64,000 bases of DNA, taken from contig NC_068984.1 in NCBI RefSeq assembly GCF_001194135.2, positions 63,035,345 to 63,099,344 of the forward strand, given 5' to 3'. The position numbers and the translations under genes were made by a program. Below the pieces are notes generated by a model that saw nothing but the letters and a program-made list of their open reading frames with translations, had not been told where the DNA came from and made no database searches. How positions within the stretch are numbered: position 1 is the first letter of the stretch; every line of letters starts with the position of its first letter. This DNA comes from Octopus bimaculoides. Its lineage: Eukaryota. Of this stretch, positions 38,501-52,035 are shown piece by piece.

Positions 38501-39781
38501 GGGTACCCTTACATACATACATGCATACATACATACATATAATTTATCCTAAAATAAACTCAGAGAAATAACTCAAATTGGCCAGTGGTTTCTATTTCAA
38601 TAACCTGGACAAATACTGGTTTGTTAAATACATTACAACAAAGATTTTCGATTTGATTTGTTAAAATTACCTCTGCCTCCAGAGGATGTATCATAATTAC
38701 AAAATGGTAATTGCGAACATCTTCACTTGAGAAAAGATGATAATCTCATTAATGAAGGGTCTCTTGCATATATATATAAGTATNNNNNNNNNNNNNNNNN
38801 NNNNNNNNNNNNNNNNNNNNNNNNNNNNNNNNNNNNNNNNNNNNNNNNNNNNNNNNNNNNNNNNNNNNNNNNNNNNNNNNNNNNNNNNNNNNNNNNNNNN
38901 NNNNNNNNNNNNNNNNNNNNNNNNNNNNNNNNNNNNNNNNNNNNNNNNNNNNNNNNNNNNNNNNNNNNNNNNNNNNNNNNNNNNNNNNNNNNNNNNNNNN
39001 NNNNNNNNNNNNNNNNNNNNNNNNNNNNNNNNNNNNNNNNNNNNNNNNNNNNNNNNNNNNNNNNNNNNNNNNNNNNNNNNNNNNNNNNNNNNNNNNNNNN
39101 NNNNNNNNNNNNNNNNNNNNNNNNNNNNNNNNNNNNNNNNNNNNNNNNNNNNNNNNNNNNNNNNNNNNNNNNNNNNNNNNNNNNNNNNNNNNNNNNNNNN
39201 NNNNNNNNNNNNNNNNNNNNNNNNNNNNNNNNNNNNNNNNNNNNNNNNNNNNNNNNNNNNNNNNNNNNNNNNNNNNNNNNNNNNNNNNNNNNNNNNNNNN
39301 NNNNNNNNNNNNNNNNNNNNNNNNNNNNNNNNNNNNNNNNNNNNNNNNNNNNNNNNNNNNNNNNNNNNNNNNNNNNNNNNNNNNNNNNNNNNNNNNNNNN
39401 NNNNNNNNNNNNNNNNNNNNNNNNNNNNNNNNNNNNNNNNNNNNNNNNNNNNNNNNNNNNNNNNNNNNNNNNNNNNNNNNNNNNNNNNNNNNNNNNNNNN
39501 NNNNNNNNNNNNNNNNNNNNNNNNNNNNNNNNNNNNNNNNNNNNNNNNNNNNNNNNNNNNNNNNNNNNNNNNNNNNNNNNNNNNNNNNNNNNNNNNNNNN
39601 NNNNNNNNNNNNNNNNNNNNNNNNNNNNNNNNNNNNNNNNNNNNNNNNNNNNNNNNNNNNNNNNNNNNNNNNNNNNNNNNNNNNNNNNNNNNNNNNNNNN
39701 NNNNNNNNNNTATATATATATATATATATATGTATATAAATATATATATATATATATGTATGTATATAGTACAACATATGC

Positions 39782-39825
<44 letters not shown>

Positions 39826-39834
39826 ATTATATAT

Positions 39835-40305
39835 ATTCTCTTATTCGCTTTAGTCAATTGACTGTGGCCATACTGGGACACCACCTTGAAGGATTTTAGT
39901 TGAACAAATCAACCCCAGGACTTATTTTTAATACCTAGTACTTATTCTATCATACTTATTTGCCAAACTGCTGACTTATAGAGATGTAAACATACCACCA
40001 CCAGTTGTCAAATAGTGATGGGGGACAAACACAGAAACAAAGATACACGCACTGATGCACAAACAAGCACACACATACACACACACACACATATATATTT
40101 CATTAATATAAATATACATATATACGCAATGGATTTCTTTCAGTTTCCAGTTACCAAATCCACTCACAAGGCATTGGTCATGTATTTCCTACTATAGCCT
40201 TGGGCTATAGTAGGAAATACATGTCCAAGGTATCATGCAGTGGGACTGAACCCAGAATTATGTGGTTAGGAAGCAAGCTTCTTACCACATAGCTACACCT
40301 GAGCC
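39835..40305 (-). mobile_element. SINE family A, full length, CpG-decayed
   Basis: Same layout as 3084-3561 with CpG replaced by TpG/CpA (e.g. TGACTGTGGCCATAC vs TGACTGCGGCCATGC). Confidence 0.85.
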
Positions 40306-40312
40306 TATATAT

Positions 40313-41225
40313 CTATAACTTGTTTTAAATCCCTGAGCAAAAGATATGCAGTAACAGGAATGAATAGTAAAGTTTATTTGCCAGCATAATGTGACAATCC
40401 TATACAAGGACGTTGTTACTGTCTTTTATCCCCAGTTTGTGCCCATGTAGTATATGCAAAGGAGGTCATTGGTCCCATCTCTAGCCTTGCGCGATACTCA
40501 CAGACCTAGGTTTCTGGGTAATTACCTGTCCCCAGTGTGAGAAAATCATTGGCTAGTGACAAAGGCTCTCTCCACTTACAAATTCTATATGTTTTTTAAG
40601 CGACACACAATTGCTGATCTCATAAAGAGAAAACAACTTGTTTTAAATCTTTGAGCAAGAGATATGCAGTAACAGTACCAAATAGTAAATTTTATATGCC
40701 CACATAATGTCGCAATCCTATACAAGGACAAAGTTACTGTCTTAGCCCCTAGGAAACATCTTTTCTTGTTGGCTGCAAGGGAGGTCTTCGCTCTCATTTC
40801 TAGCCTTACATGATAGTCACAGACCTAGGCTTCTGAGTAGTTACCCGTCTTCAGTGTGAGACAGTCACCGGCTAGTGATGAAGGCTATACGGACACAAGC
40901 TGTGTGTCAGTAGCCAACTGGAAAAGATGTTTCCCTGGGGCTAAAAGACAGTAAGATCGTCCTTGTATAGGACTACCACATTACATTGGTAAATAAACTT
41001 TACTATTCAGCACTGTTATTGCATGTCACTCACTCAGAGATATAAAACAAGTTGTTTTTCTCTTTATGAGATCAGTGATTGTGTGTCACTAAAAAAAAAT
41101 ATAGTATTTGCAAGTGGAGAGAACCTTCATCACTAGTTGGTGATCACCCAGAAGCCTAGGTCTGTGAGTATTTCGTAAGGCTAGAGATGGGAGCAATGAC
41201 CTCTCTTGCATATACTATACTCTAT
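40313..41225. repeat. About 320-bp unit in tandem (40313-40635, partial 40635-40888) followed by an inverted copy (about 40910-41225)
   Basis: AATCCTATACAAGGAC, CACAGACCTAGG and GGCTAGTGA recur directly; GTCCTTGTATAGGA, CCTAGGTCTGTGAG and TCATCACTAG recur inverted. Confidence 0.85.
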
Positions 41226-41408
41226 TTGCAGACAATGAAGGAGCCTCTACATGGCTGCTTGACCTGCTAAATAATAGCCAAATTTCTCTTAAATTACATT
41301 GTCATTTTAAGAAAAGATACAATGGACAATGTCAACATAGACTAAGGGATAAGATAGTAGTGCAGGGAATGCCATTGATCATACCTCAGCTTGTTCAGAG
41401 CTATGATC

Positions 41409-41640
41409 AGATCATCATCATCATCGTTTAACGTCCGCTTTCCATGCTAGCATGGGTTGGACGATTTGACTGAGGACTGGTGAAACCGGATGGCAACACC
41501 AGGCTCCAGTCTGATTTGGCAGAGTTTCTACAGCTGGATGCCCTTCCTAATGCCAACCACTCAGAGAGTGTAGTGGGTGCTTTTACGTGTCACCCGCACG
41601 AAAACGGCCACGCTCGAAATGGTGTCTTTTATGTGCCAAT
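41409..41640 (-). mobile_element. RTE-type LINE 3' tail fragment, CpG-intact
   Basis: CATCATCATCATCGTTTAACGTCCGCTTTCCATGCTAGCATGGGTTGGACG...CAGCTGGATGCCCTTCC. Confidence 0.8.
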
Positions 41641-42443
41641 TCTTTTCAAAAGTCTCAAGGCTTGAAATTTTGGAAGAGAGGACTGGTAAATTACTATGAC
41701 CCCAGTACTCATTGAGTATTTATTTTATCAATCCTGAAAGAATGAAAGACAAAGTTGACCTTGAGAAAATTTGAAAGCAAAATGTAAAGCTGGAAGAAAT
41801 GCTAATCATTTTGCCCAGTGTGCCTAATCAGGACCAAATAATAAGAAAAAAAAGTCAAGTCACAAAGAGAAAACTATGTGAGTTATCTGACATGTTAGAC
41901 ATAGCAGCCAAATTTCTTTTCCTTCATGCATTGATGTATTAGAGAAAGTTTACATTTGATGGCATAGTACTAGATATATGTAGTTAGAAAGAAATGAAAT
42001 TGTTATAGCTGGAACGTCATTGATAATAGGGCCATTCAAACAGAGCTTATCTGGATCTAATAAAATGTTTCTACAACTTTTGATAACTTCCATGTAAATC
42101 ACATCAAATCGTTAATATATAAACAGAATTTTCTTAAACAAATTTACAATGTCTAAAGTGGCTATTCAGAAACATCCAACTATTTTAGGCAACACTATAA
42201 TGGCACCTATTCTTTTGGTGCCATGTTTTGTTATAGTTTGCATAAAAATCTGCAATGAAGTGCTACTTTATACACAATTGTGTTCTATATTCATTTGTTA
42301 TAATTCAGCTTATAATACCATGTAGAAAAATCTTTCTGTATTGATATAGTTTCAAGAACCATTGCTGATCTTGCTCCTCTCAATATGCATTGTGAATAGA
42401 CTGAAGTTTTGACAATAGTTCCTTTCCTTCCTTTTTCTTACAG

Positions 42444-42516
42444 TCCATTAGCAGTTCAGAAATTACTCCATAATCCTGTCAGAGAACAATCTAGAACATT
42501 TGACAGTTTGAAATTC
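42444..42516 (+). CDS. Candidate internal exon of an unidentified host gene (xPLAVQKLLHNPVREQSRTFDSLKF)
   Basis: Strong acceptor TTCCTTTCCTTCCTTTTTCTTACAG|, a single open frame, donor TTC|GTAAAT; lies in non-repetitive CpG-depleted sequence. No homology recognised. Confidence 0.25.
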
Positions 42517-45149
42517 GTAAATAATTGTGCTGTTTAAAATCATTGAAAAGAAAAATTTACAGCTAATACATACATGATAAACTCAACTGAATATTAACTG
42601 AATTCTCTAATCATAAAGTCATTGAATAATGGTTCCCAACAGAATCATAATATATTTCATTGTATCTAGAGGATTGCATAGTGAAATGTATTAATCAAAG
42701 TCAAACTTTTACACAAATATTTTGTTGCATGTCTCTCTAAACATTAGCTTTGTATAACAATAATATCAATAAGGTAATCCAACCATAAATATCTAAATAC
42801 AATCAACAACTATTTAACTTTCTGTTAAGAACTCTATCTGTTGGGAATTGCAAACATTACTTGATAGGTTTCAACTTAAAAATGTATTATGGTTGCTTAT
42901 GTGTACATATTATTAACTCTAAATACTCTATTAACCCTTTTGATGCCAACTCACCTGAGACTGTTCCTGCTTCTATAATAGAAAGCCATCTATTTTAAAG
43001 CATTTATATTTAAATGTTCTATAATCATTTTATGTAAGAACCATTCTTTTTCTAAACACCATTTTGATATTCAAAAAACTAGTTATTTCACTATATTCCT
43101 CGAAATTTTTGATCATCTTCAAAATTATCTAAAACACAAAGATAGTGTATTTCATTAAAAATATGATTAAAATTTCTGAATTGTAGCGGAGGAGGTAAAC
43201 ACTAAAGCAAATACACTAAGGACTTCTTGAATGTTTAAATTATTTGCAGTGCAGTTTTAGACTTTAGTGTGGTTGTTAGATCTATTTTCTTTTCTAGGCT
43301 GTTTTCATACTAGTAAGATGTTAGATTGCATAAATTGACAATAATCACAGTGGTTCATTTGATTTTCCAGATATTTTATCTGCTACCACATTATATTTAC
43401 ATTTGTACATTCAATAAATTAATATTGTACAGGGCATATGAATAATTTATATATGATGAATATTCATTGATTGACAATATTAATTAAGATCTGTGAATAA
43501 GAGAAAGAGATGAGAGAGGGTAAATGACTGACCTGTACAAATCCTTAAGTAGCTTCTGTTTCAGGTGAATTTGCCAGGAGAATTGGTGAGAGTGATGTAA
43601 GACTATCATATGGGTTCAGGGAAATCAGCATGACCCATTTAATCCTAGGCAAGCTTTGCTCTAAGTTGAATTTTTTCTGCCTTTAAATAGCTGTCACCTA
43701 AAATGTTCTAGAATGTGTTTAGTAAGAAAACCTGCATGCTTCCTTTGAAGTTGTTGCTCTGAGCCACAAATAAATCAGCCAGTGTTGAGTAGTCAAACCA
43801 TATTTGCATAGCCGACCTCACGCACTTCTCATGAGGAATTCCGGTAGAAGCTTCATGAGACCACTACTGAGACGCTTCCGAAAAAAAAAAAAGAAAACCG
43901 TTGGAAAACAGTTTATAGCAGAGACTCCAGCAAAGAAGATCTGAAGAAAGAATTGTAATTCCGAAATATCATCGGACTATAGATAACCAAATTACGACAG
44001 GTATATAATCCATTTTTTGTTCTATAGTGCATTGTTGTACCATTCTGAACTTTTTATTCTTTACATATTTGCATAAATGTTAACATCTTTTATGGCACCA
44101 GTCTTTATATTTTATGGAAATATTTTGCATTGTGATTCTAGATTGGGAAAATTTGGAGAACTATGGTTCATTGTCTCTGCCGAGTTCTTGCTACAATTCA
44201 TTAGATGTACATTTTCTGTATTATATTTGTAACTTCATTGTTTGCAGGCAGTAGGGTTTTGTATAGATGTTGAAATATAGATTTTCTAAAATCAACTGTA
44301 TATATCTAATTATTATTAGTGCAACCTGTGGATGTTAAGGAACAACCTTCATATCTAGACTGAGTATAGTAAATACTGTGTGCTTACTAGATGCCACACT
44401 ATCAAGAATTTCTTTAATTCAAAACAAAACAGTACCCTTTTGACAATTCTTACATAAATAAATGTAGTTTATGGAACTCTAATCTAATGAGCTACAAATT
44501 ACTACTCAAGTAAATAACACCATTGTGTTATTCATTTGTCATATTGTCTTTTGTATTTCATTAACCCTGATTAAACAGACATATGACCAAACATGTTCAG
44601 GCATTGATGATGCCATCTTTATATATCTAGAACTACATGACCAAATGTTTACTTCCATTTTTTTTTGAAAACGGTAATGTATAATTTGACAAAGATATGG
44701 CTGCTATTCCTAACAACTCAAGCTACTACATAGATGCACTTTCAGTGACTTGTTTTAAATCCTGGTTATATATGATACAATATTCACAAAAGAAGGACAT
44801 AAATGAAATGAGCCAATAAAGAAGCTTCTACATGGTTACTCAATGTTCTAGAAATGACAGCTAAATCTTCTTTCTCCTTAAATGGATGCTTTGAATAATG
44901 TATACCTAGTCACACTGCAAATGAATAAAAAACAGAATAGCCAATGCTAGTGAGTCTTAGCCCATAGGTCACCATTATTAGAGCTAACCTGCGGTTAAAA
45001 CAAAACAATAACTTAGATGAAAATAAAGAGAGAAAAAGCTGTTATTTAATGGCATTAAAGAATATGAATGTATGAATATGATATATAAACATATCTGATG
45101 TTATAGGCAAAACACAGATCTATATATCTATCTATCTATCTATCTAATT

Positions 45150-45190
<41 letters not shown>

Positions 45191-45276
45191 ATTTATATTT
45201 ATATTTATATTTATATATAGATATATATATGTATATGTATACATATATATATGTATATATATATATATGTATATGT

Positions 45277-45315
<39 letters not shown>

Positions 45316-46406
45316 CAAAAGTAAATGAGTATATGCATATATACGTACAGGTATGTGCATACCGACATCCACCTGTATGTATAGGTGCATATCTGGGTAC
45401 AGGACATTGCAAACAAACGTAGACGAGAACACACGAGCCACATAGAGAACATTCTACTTCATCAGCTACCCACGTTNNNNNNNNNNNNNNNNNNNNNNNN
45501 NNNNNNNNNNNNNNNNNNNNNNNNNNNNNNNNNNNNNNNNNNNNNNNNNNNNNNNNNNNNNNNNNNNNNNNNNNNNNNNNNNNNNNNNNNNNNNNNNNNN
45601 NNNNNNNNNNNNNNNNNNNNNNNNNNNNNNNNNNNNNNNNNNNNNNNNNNNNNNNNNNNNNNNNNNNNNNNNNNNNNNNNNNNNNNNNNNNNNNNNNNNN
45701 NNNNNNNNNNNNNNNNNNNNNNNNNNNNNNNNNNNNNNNNNNNNNNNNNNNNNNNNNNNNNNNNNNNNNNNNNNNNNNNNNNNNNNNNNNNNNNNNNNNN
45801 NNNNNNNNNNNNNNNNNNNNNNNNNNNNNNNNNNNNNNNNNNNNNNNNNNNNNNNNNNNNNNNNNNNNNNNNNNNNNNNNNNNNNNNNNNNNNNNNNNNN
45901 NNNNNNNNNNNATAAACTTTTATAAAAACAACCTAAGAATTTTCATATGATTCAGTGCAGTAGATTAAATGAATGTTCCATTAATTTGTCTTGATCACTG
46001 GTGTACTGTCAGATTACACAGACATTTGAAGGGATCCTCTTTCCCTACCTCTACCCTGGCTTTTGCCAAAATCTGTGGAAGTCACCGTGACAGTCATAAG
46101 CAAATTGCATCTTGCAGTGCTTTCTGAATGGTATGCCTAATGCAAAATTGCCTTAAATTTCTTTAGTAGTGTAGCACACCTGATGATGGCCAAATTTCAT
46201 GTGGCTTGTTTCTCCTAAACATTTCATATGCCTGTTCTATGAGGTTGACCAAACTGCAAGAAATAGTAGGCAAGTCTTCTACATATAAACTAACTCAAAA
46301 AGAAAAAAGAAATAAGAAAAAGTGATGGGATTCTTACAACTGGAATACTTTTGATTCTAGAAGTTCTTGATCCAGGCTTACTTAGAGCTAAATTACAACT
46401 GATATA

Positions 46407-47269
46407 TTGGGTCATCCCATAAATAATGCATTTTTTATACTTCTTTCATTTTCATAATTAATATAAACAAAGTTCTTTTTTAATCTAAAATATACTCTCT
46501 TCTCCTCTTCCAAAATTCACTTGTCCTTCATGAAAAATACTCCAGTACAGTTCTGACCTCGTCTACTGAATTCATAATTTCCTGTCCAAATGATTTTGAA
46601 GACTGCAGTATAAATGATAATCAGATGGGGCAAAGTCCGGCAAATATGGTGGGTGGAGCATTGTTTCCCTTTGAAACTTCTCCAGAATGTTATCTTTGCT
46701 GTATGTGGCTGAGCATTATCCTGATGGAAGAACACCTTTCATTTTGAATCCAAAATGGTCGTTTTACTTCTAGTGCTGACTTGAATGACAGGTTGAATGG
46801 CCAAATCCAATCTTTTCTGCTAGTTTCCTCAACAGTTACGATGGGATTTTATCCCACTAGGGTTTGCAGGATGTCCTCGTTGAGCTCTACAAATCTTCCA
46901 GGACAAGGTTCACCTTCTAGGCTGTAGTTTTTGGCCTGGAATTTCTGGAATTACCGTTGACACTGGTTTATGCTTATTCTCCAATCCCCATATACTGCAT
47001 TAATATTCTTTGCATTTTATGTTGCTTTGTTGCCTTTATTGAACTCATAAAGCAAAATATGCTGAATATCCTCCTTTGTCACCTCCACTATAGCTTTGAA
47101 AAATAACTGTTAAAATCGAACTGCACTCTTCAAAACATGCACTAAGAATAAGTACAAGGTAAAATGACTAACTGCTTTAATAGCAAGTTGATGTCGGTAG
47201 TTTATCCCATCCCCCTCCAACTTTTAGTTCATGCAATTGAAAAAAACTATTATTTATGGAATGACCCAA
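46407..47269 (-). mobile_element. Internally deleted mariner (DD34D-type) transposon
   Basis: TIRs TTGGGTCATCCCATAAATAAT / TATTATTTATGGAATGACCCAA, with TA on the left. Minus strand MEVTKEDIQHILLYEFNKGNKAT...QCQR*FQKF...YSLE...GR and FFHQDNAQPHTAK...(HPPY)..DIAPSDYHL. Stops and a large deletion. Confidence 0.92.
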
Positions 47270-48057
47270 AACAAATAAATAATTTGATCTGCTAGATACA
47301 GTAATCAAACCTCCCTTAAATTAGTCACTATTTTGTTGAAAAAGAGGTTCATGTTTATATGTTCCTAAAATAGATGGGATAATAATAAGTCTGCATGATT
47401 CAAATGAATTTAAGGCAGAAAGAATTGCACAATGTCAGTATCAGTCATTTGTCTGCACCTTCCTTGATCCAGAGGCAAGATGAAGTAGCAATAGTCATTA
47501 ATAGTTGTGGTCAGCCTGAATGTCTATAGCATCTTATCATTCCCTTCGTATTCTATAATACTTACTAAAACTGCCTTTTCGACCATTTGATCCACTACTG
47601 TTCCTGTTCTATTGATTTATCAGAATCATTTATGATGATGATGATGGTGATGAGTTATCATGTGCCAGAGAAGACATACCTAACTCACTGAGGATTCTAG
47701 ACCATAAATAATTTCCCTGTTTAAGTTATTTGGTCGAGGTGTGGCTACCTTATATATTACAGCAGGAACAGTTAACCTTTTTGAGAAGCAGGCTGCATGA
47801 GACCAAACACATCGTCAGGTGGACTGCATTACCAAAAAACATTTTTTAGTCATGCCATTCAGAAAGTCTTGTAGGTTGCAGTTTGCCCATGGCTATATTA
47901 CAAGATTTTCAAACCGTTTTTGAGAGGTTAACAAGAAGTAGAAACAAAGTGTATACAATTTGGTTCTGATGGAACACTACAAAGGTTTCTTCCATATATT
48001 CTGCCATCATTTCCTTGCAACCTGAACATCCATACATGACAGTGAGATGGTCTTATT

Positions 48058-48088
<31 letters not shown>

Positions 48089-50263
48089 CGAATGAATTCT
48101 TGATGAATTAAACAGGAGGAAAAAAAAAAAAAATTCAAATGACTGATGAAGCTTTATTATCTTCCTTGTTTGTAATTATAATTTGAACTGCTTGTTAAGA
48201 ATTGACAGCTCAGTAAGATGTATTTGGTTGAAAACTATATAATCAAGAAATATAATTTTCAGTGGGGGTGGGTGAATCCAATTTACTGAAAGCTATTGGA
48301 AATAATATGAAGCAATTATTGTTAAAAATGTAAGTATAGAATTCAGACAAATTGAAACTGACAACTAGTCGTTTTCAACTAGTTTATTGCAATATGAGTG
48401 AGAAACCATTAAGTTTAAAATGTTTCATGTTTGGAAGTTTGTAGAATTATCATTGAAACAATATGAAATTACCAACTTTTGTCAACTTTACTTAATAAAT
48501 TCTATTATAATGGTTAATGACTTCCATTGATTTTTATTCCTTGTAAAGACATCTTTAATCATCTTACATTTTATCCAGTATTAATTGTTGTTGTTGTTGT
48601 TGTTGTTATTATTATTATTGTTATTATTATTATTATTATTATCATCATCATTATAAAGGCATTGAGCTGGTTGAATTGTTAGCCACACTAGCTAAAATGC
48701 TTAGCAGCATTTCATCAGTCTTTACGTTCTGAGTTCAAATGCTGCCAAGGTCAACTTTGCCTTTCATCCTTTCAGGGTCAGTAATATAATACCCATTGAG
48801 CACCTCACTAACTTCATAGTATTACTAATCATCAATTTTCATAAGTCTTTTTGAGGAATTTACTAATGAAATTGAAGTCACAAGGATTTGAAACTAAACT
48901 GCAATCTCAGCATAAAAGACACTTCCTACAAAGAATACTTGATGGAACAGCTAGTGGCTTGAACACAAACCCTAAAGACATCTAATGATAAAGATTTTGT
49001 GCTATGATTTAATTTTCTCTCATATCTTCTTTCCATTTTTTATTTGGTGTGAACTGTTGGCAACTCAACTACCTCAAGCCTCTCTTTCTTAGTAAACTTA
49101 AGTAGCAGTGTCAAGCTATTTAAATGAAATTTTTAAAAAATTAAAAAGAGCTGTTGACCTGTCATCTAAATGACAGTATCAAATTTATTCCTATGATTGT
49201 GTCTTCATCTAAAACGAACTATCAAGTGATAACGTTAAAAAATATCATGATGCATTTATAATTTTTATTTAAATCTCATATTTTAAATGAGTTATTTAAA
49301 CTTCTCTATCTCTGCCCTTTAGAATAGAATTATTTTCAATCATATTTGTTTACATTGTATGAATAAAAAATATTTCTTTTAGCAATATTTTCTTCTAAAT
49401 TTGATAAAGATACAATATATNNNNNNNNNNNNNNNNNNNNNNNNNNNNNNNNNNNNNNNNNNNNNNNNNNNNNNNNNNNNNNNNNNNNNNNNNNNNNNNN
49501 NNNNNNNNNNNNNNNNNNNNNNNATATTTGAAAATAATTTTTGGAAAGTCATTTTATTTTCAGATATTCAATTGGAGATATTTCTGGTCTATTGTGCATA
49601 ACTTGATAAACTATCATGTTGTTAGCTGCTGCTTTTGGAAGATAGCTTCAATGCCAAAAGAAATGACAGCTACAACAGATTCTTATTGCTAGCAGGACAA
49701 GAAGATGATATATCATTATCCGACTCAATACTCATTTCTTTATAAGAAAAGCACAGTCATTATAATGTTTCCATCAGCATAAGGCTTTATGCAAATTAAA
49801 TAACAATATGAAAGTTTGCATTGACTACATTTGTGTTGCATTTAAAATTCAAGTCTTCCAAATTTGCATAAATCTAATGTATTTGACATTTAAATTATCA
49901 AAAATATTCACATTATCAGAGACAGACAAACAAACAAACACATGCACAAAGATACACAAATACATACATATAAATATTATAGTATATGTGTGTGTGTGTG
50001 TGTATGTTTGTATGCATATAACTACTCATTTATACACACCTACACATATATATGCACAGGCATGACTGAGTGTTTAAGAAGGTTACTTTGCTGTCATACA
50101 ATTTCAGTTTCAAATCCATTGCATAGAAACGGGCAAGTGTGTCTTACTGTAGCTCCAAGCCAACTGAACTCCTGTAAATAGATTTGGTTGACAGAAACTG
50201 AAAGGCTATCATCAAATGTATATATTTGTGTGTGTTTGTGTGTGTTCGTGTGTTTGTGTATGT

Positions 50264-50381
<118 letters not shown>

Positions 50382-50493
50382 TCATGCATGTGTGAGGGTA
50401 GAATGTTCATGTCTCCTTGCTTCGAAATCATGTACCAAGCATAAACAAATATGACTATTATATAGAAATTGTGTTGATCATTTGTGATCATAA

Positions 50494-50715
50494 CCCTTAA
50501 CCATTTAAATCAGTCATATCTGACCAAAATATTCTGCCTCTTTTTTATGTTCAAACTGACCATATGCAACATCTTACTCCTACTTCACAAGGTCATAGTA
50601 AAAATAAACAATCATATCATTGAAATCTTGAAGCCACAAGATAATGCATAATTAATTCAAAACAATTTGAATAAATAAGCATTACATTGGACAGAGTAAA
50701 CTGAATGCTAAAAGG
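50494..50715. mobile_element. piggyBac-type MITE, decayed, same family as 22126-22345 in the opposite orientation
   Basis: ATAA|CCCTT...AAAAGG|TTAG; ATAATGCATAATTAATT.AAAACAATTTGA matches the 22.2 kb copy. Confidence 0.7.
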
Positions 50716-50997
50716 TTAGATAACATCTGACCATTGGTGCTGTTTGCGAAACAGCAGAAATATTATCTCTCTTCAAAATAGTAAGAACATCGATATTTAG
50801 AACTTCTGCCAAGATAATTATAATTTAACCTATGAAAATATGGAGAAATGGACACATATAAATATAAATATATANNNNNNNNNNNNNNNNNNNNNNNNNN
50901 NNNNNNNNNNNNNNNNNNNNNNNNNNNNNNNNNNNNNNNNNNNNNNNNNNNNNNNNNNNNNNNNNNNNNNNNNNNTATATATATATATATATATATA

Positions 50998-52004
50998 TAC
51001 CAGAGTGAAAGGTAGATTGTATGACACTTGCGTGAACAGTTATGTTACACGGCAGTGAAACATGGTCCGTGACTGCTAAGGACATGTGTAAGATTGCAAG
51101 AAATGAAGCTAGTATACTCTGCTGGATGTGTAATGTCAGTGTGCACACATGACAGAGTGTAAGCTCCGTGAGAGAAAAGTTGGACATATGAAGCAGCAGA
51201 TGTCGTATGCAAGAGAGACGATTGCACTAGTATGGCCATGTGTTCTGTATGGATGAGGACAGCTGTGTGAAAAAGTGTCACAACCTAGCAGCAGAGGGGA
51301 CCTGTGGAAGAGATAGGCCTAAGAAGACCTGAGATCAGGTGGTAAATTACAACCTTCGAACAATGGGCCTCATGGAGGTGATGACAAGTGACTGAGTCCT
51401 TTGGAAATATACTGTACTTGAGAAGATCCAGCAAGCCTAGTGAGACCTTAACCATGTCCTATGCCATTGCAACATAACCAGCCCATTTAAGAGTACCCTT
51501 CAATCATTGGGCAATAAACTGTGCTTGAAAAGAGCTGTTGAGTGTTTTCAAGAAACCTATTTCAAAAGACCTATTGAGTCTTTACCTATTGAGTAATTGT
51601 GCTTATTACGTGCCACTGGCTCCCATGCCAGTGGTACTAATAAGCACCATTCAAATGTGGTCACTGCCAGTGCCCCCTGACTTACTCCCATGCAGGTGGT
51701 ACGTAAAAAGCACCATTCAAGCATGGTCGTTGCCAGTACTCCCTAGCCAGCTCCCATGCAGTGGCATGTAAAATGCACCATTGGAGCATAGTCATTGCGA
51801 GTAACACTTGACTGGCACGTAAAAAAGCACCTACTGCATTCTCGGAGTGATTGGTGTTAGGAAGGGCATCCAGCTGTAGAAACCTTGCCAGATTAGATTG
51901 AAGCCTGTTACGACCGCTTGCTTGCCAGTCCTCAGTCAAACTGTCCAGCCCATGCCAGTATGGAGAGCAGATGTTAAACAATGATGATGATGATGATGAT
52001 GATG

Positions 52005-52006
<2 letters not shown>
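50998..52006 (+). mobile_element. RTE-clade LINE 3' end: post-RT C-terminus, 3' UTR with subrepeats and (GAT)n tail
   Basis: ARNEASILCWMCNVSVH...REKLD...ERRLH*YGHV..MDEDSCVKKC...GTCGRDRPKKT; UTR with about 62-65-bp subrepeats; tail GAAGGGCATCCAGCTGTAGAAAC...GTTAAACAATGATGATG. Confidence 0.85.

Positions 52007-52035
<29 letters not shown>

Noticed and set aside
43533-43860. Minus-strand coding exon (..HEKCVRSAMQIWFDYSTLADLFVAQ..)
   Set aside because: The frame closes before the donor and no homology is recognisable; at most a non-coding exon.
46188-46235. CUGAUGA-UGGCC...UGGCU motif
   Set aside because: No GAAA after the putative helix II.
49626-49745. Possible terminal exon LLLLEDSFNAKRNDSYNRF...SL*
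   Set aside because: Weak acceptor, short, no recognisable homology.
51600-51830. Regularly spaced repeats resembling a CRISPR array
   Set aside because: Eukaryotic context, tandem diverged units without unique spacers, inside a LINE 3' UTR, and no cas genes.
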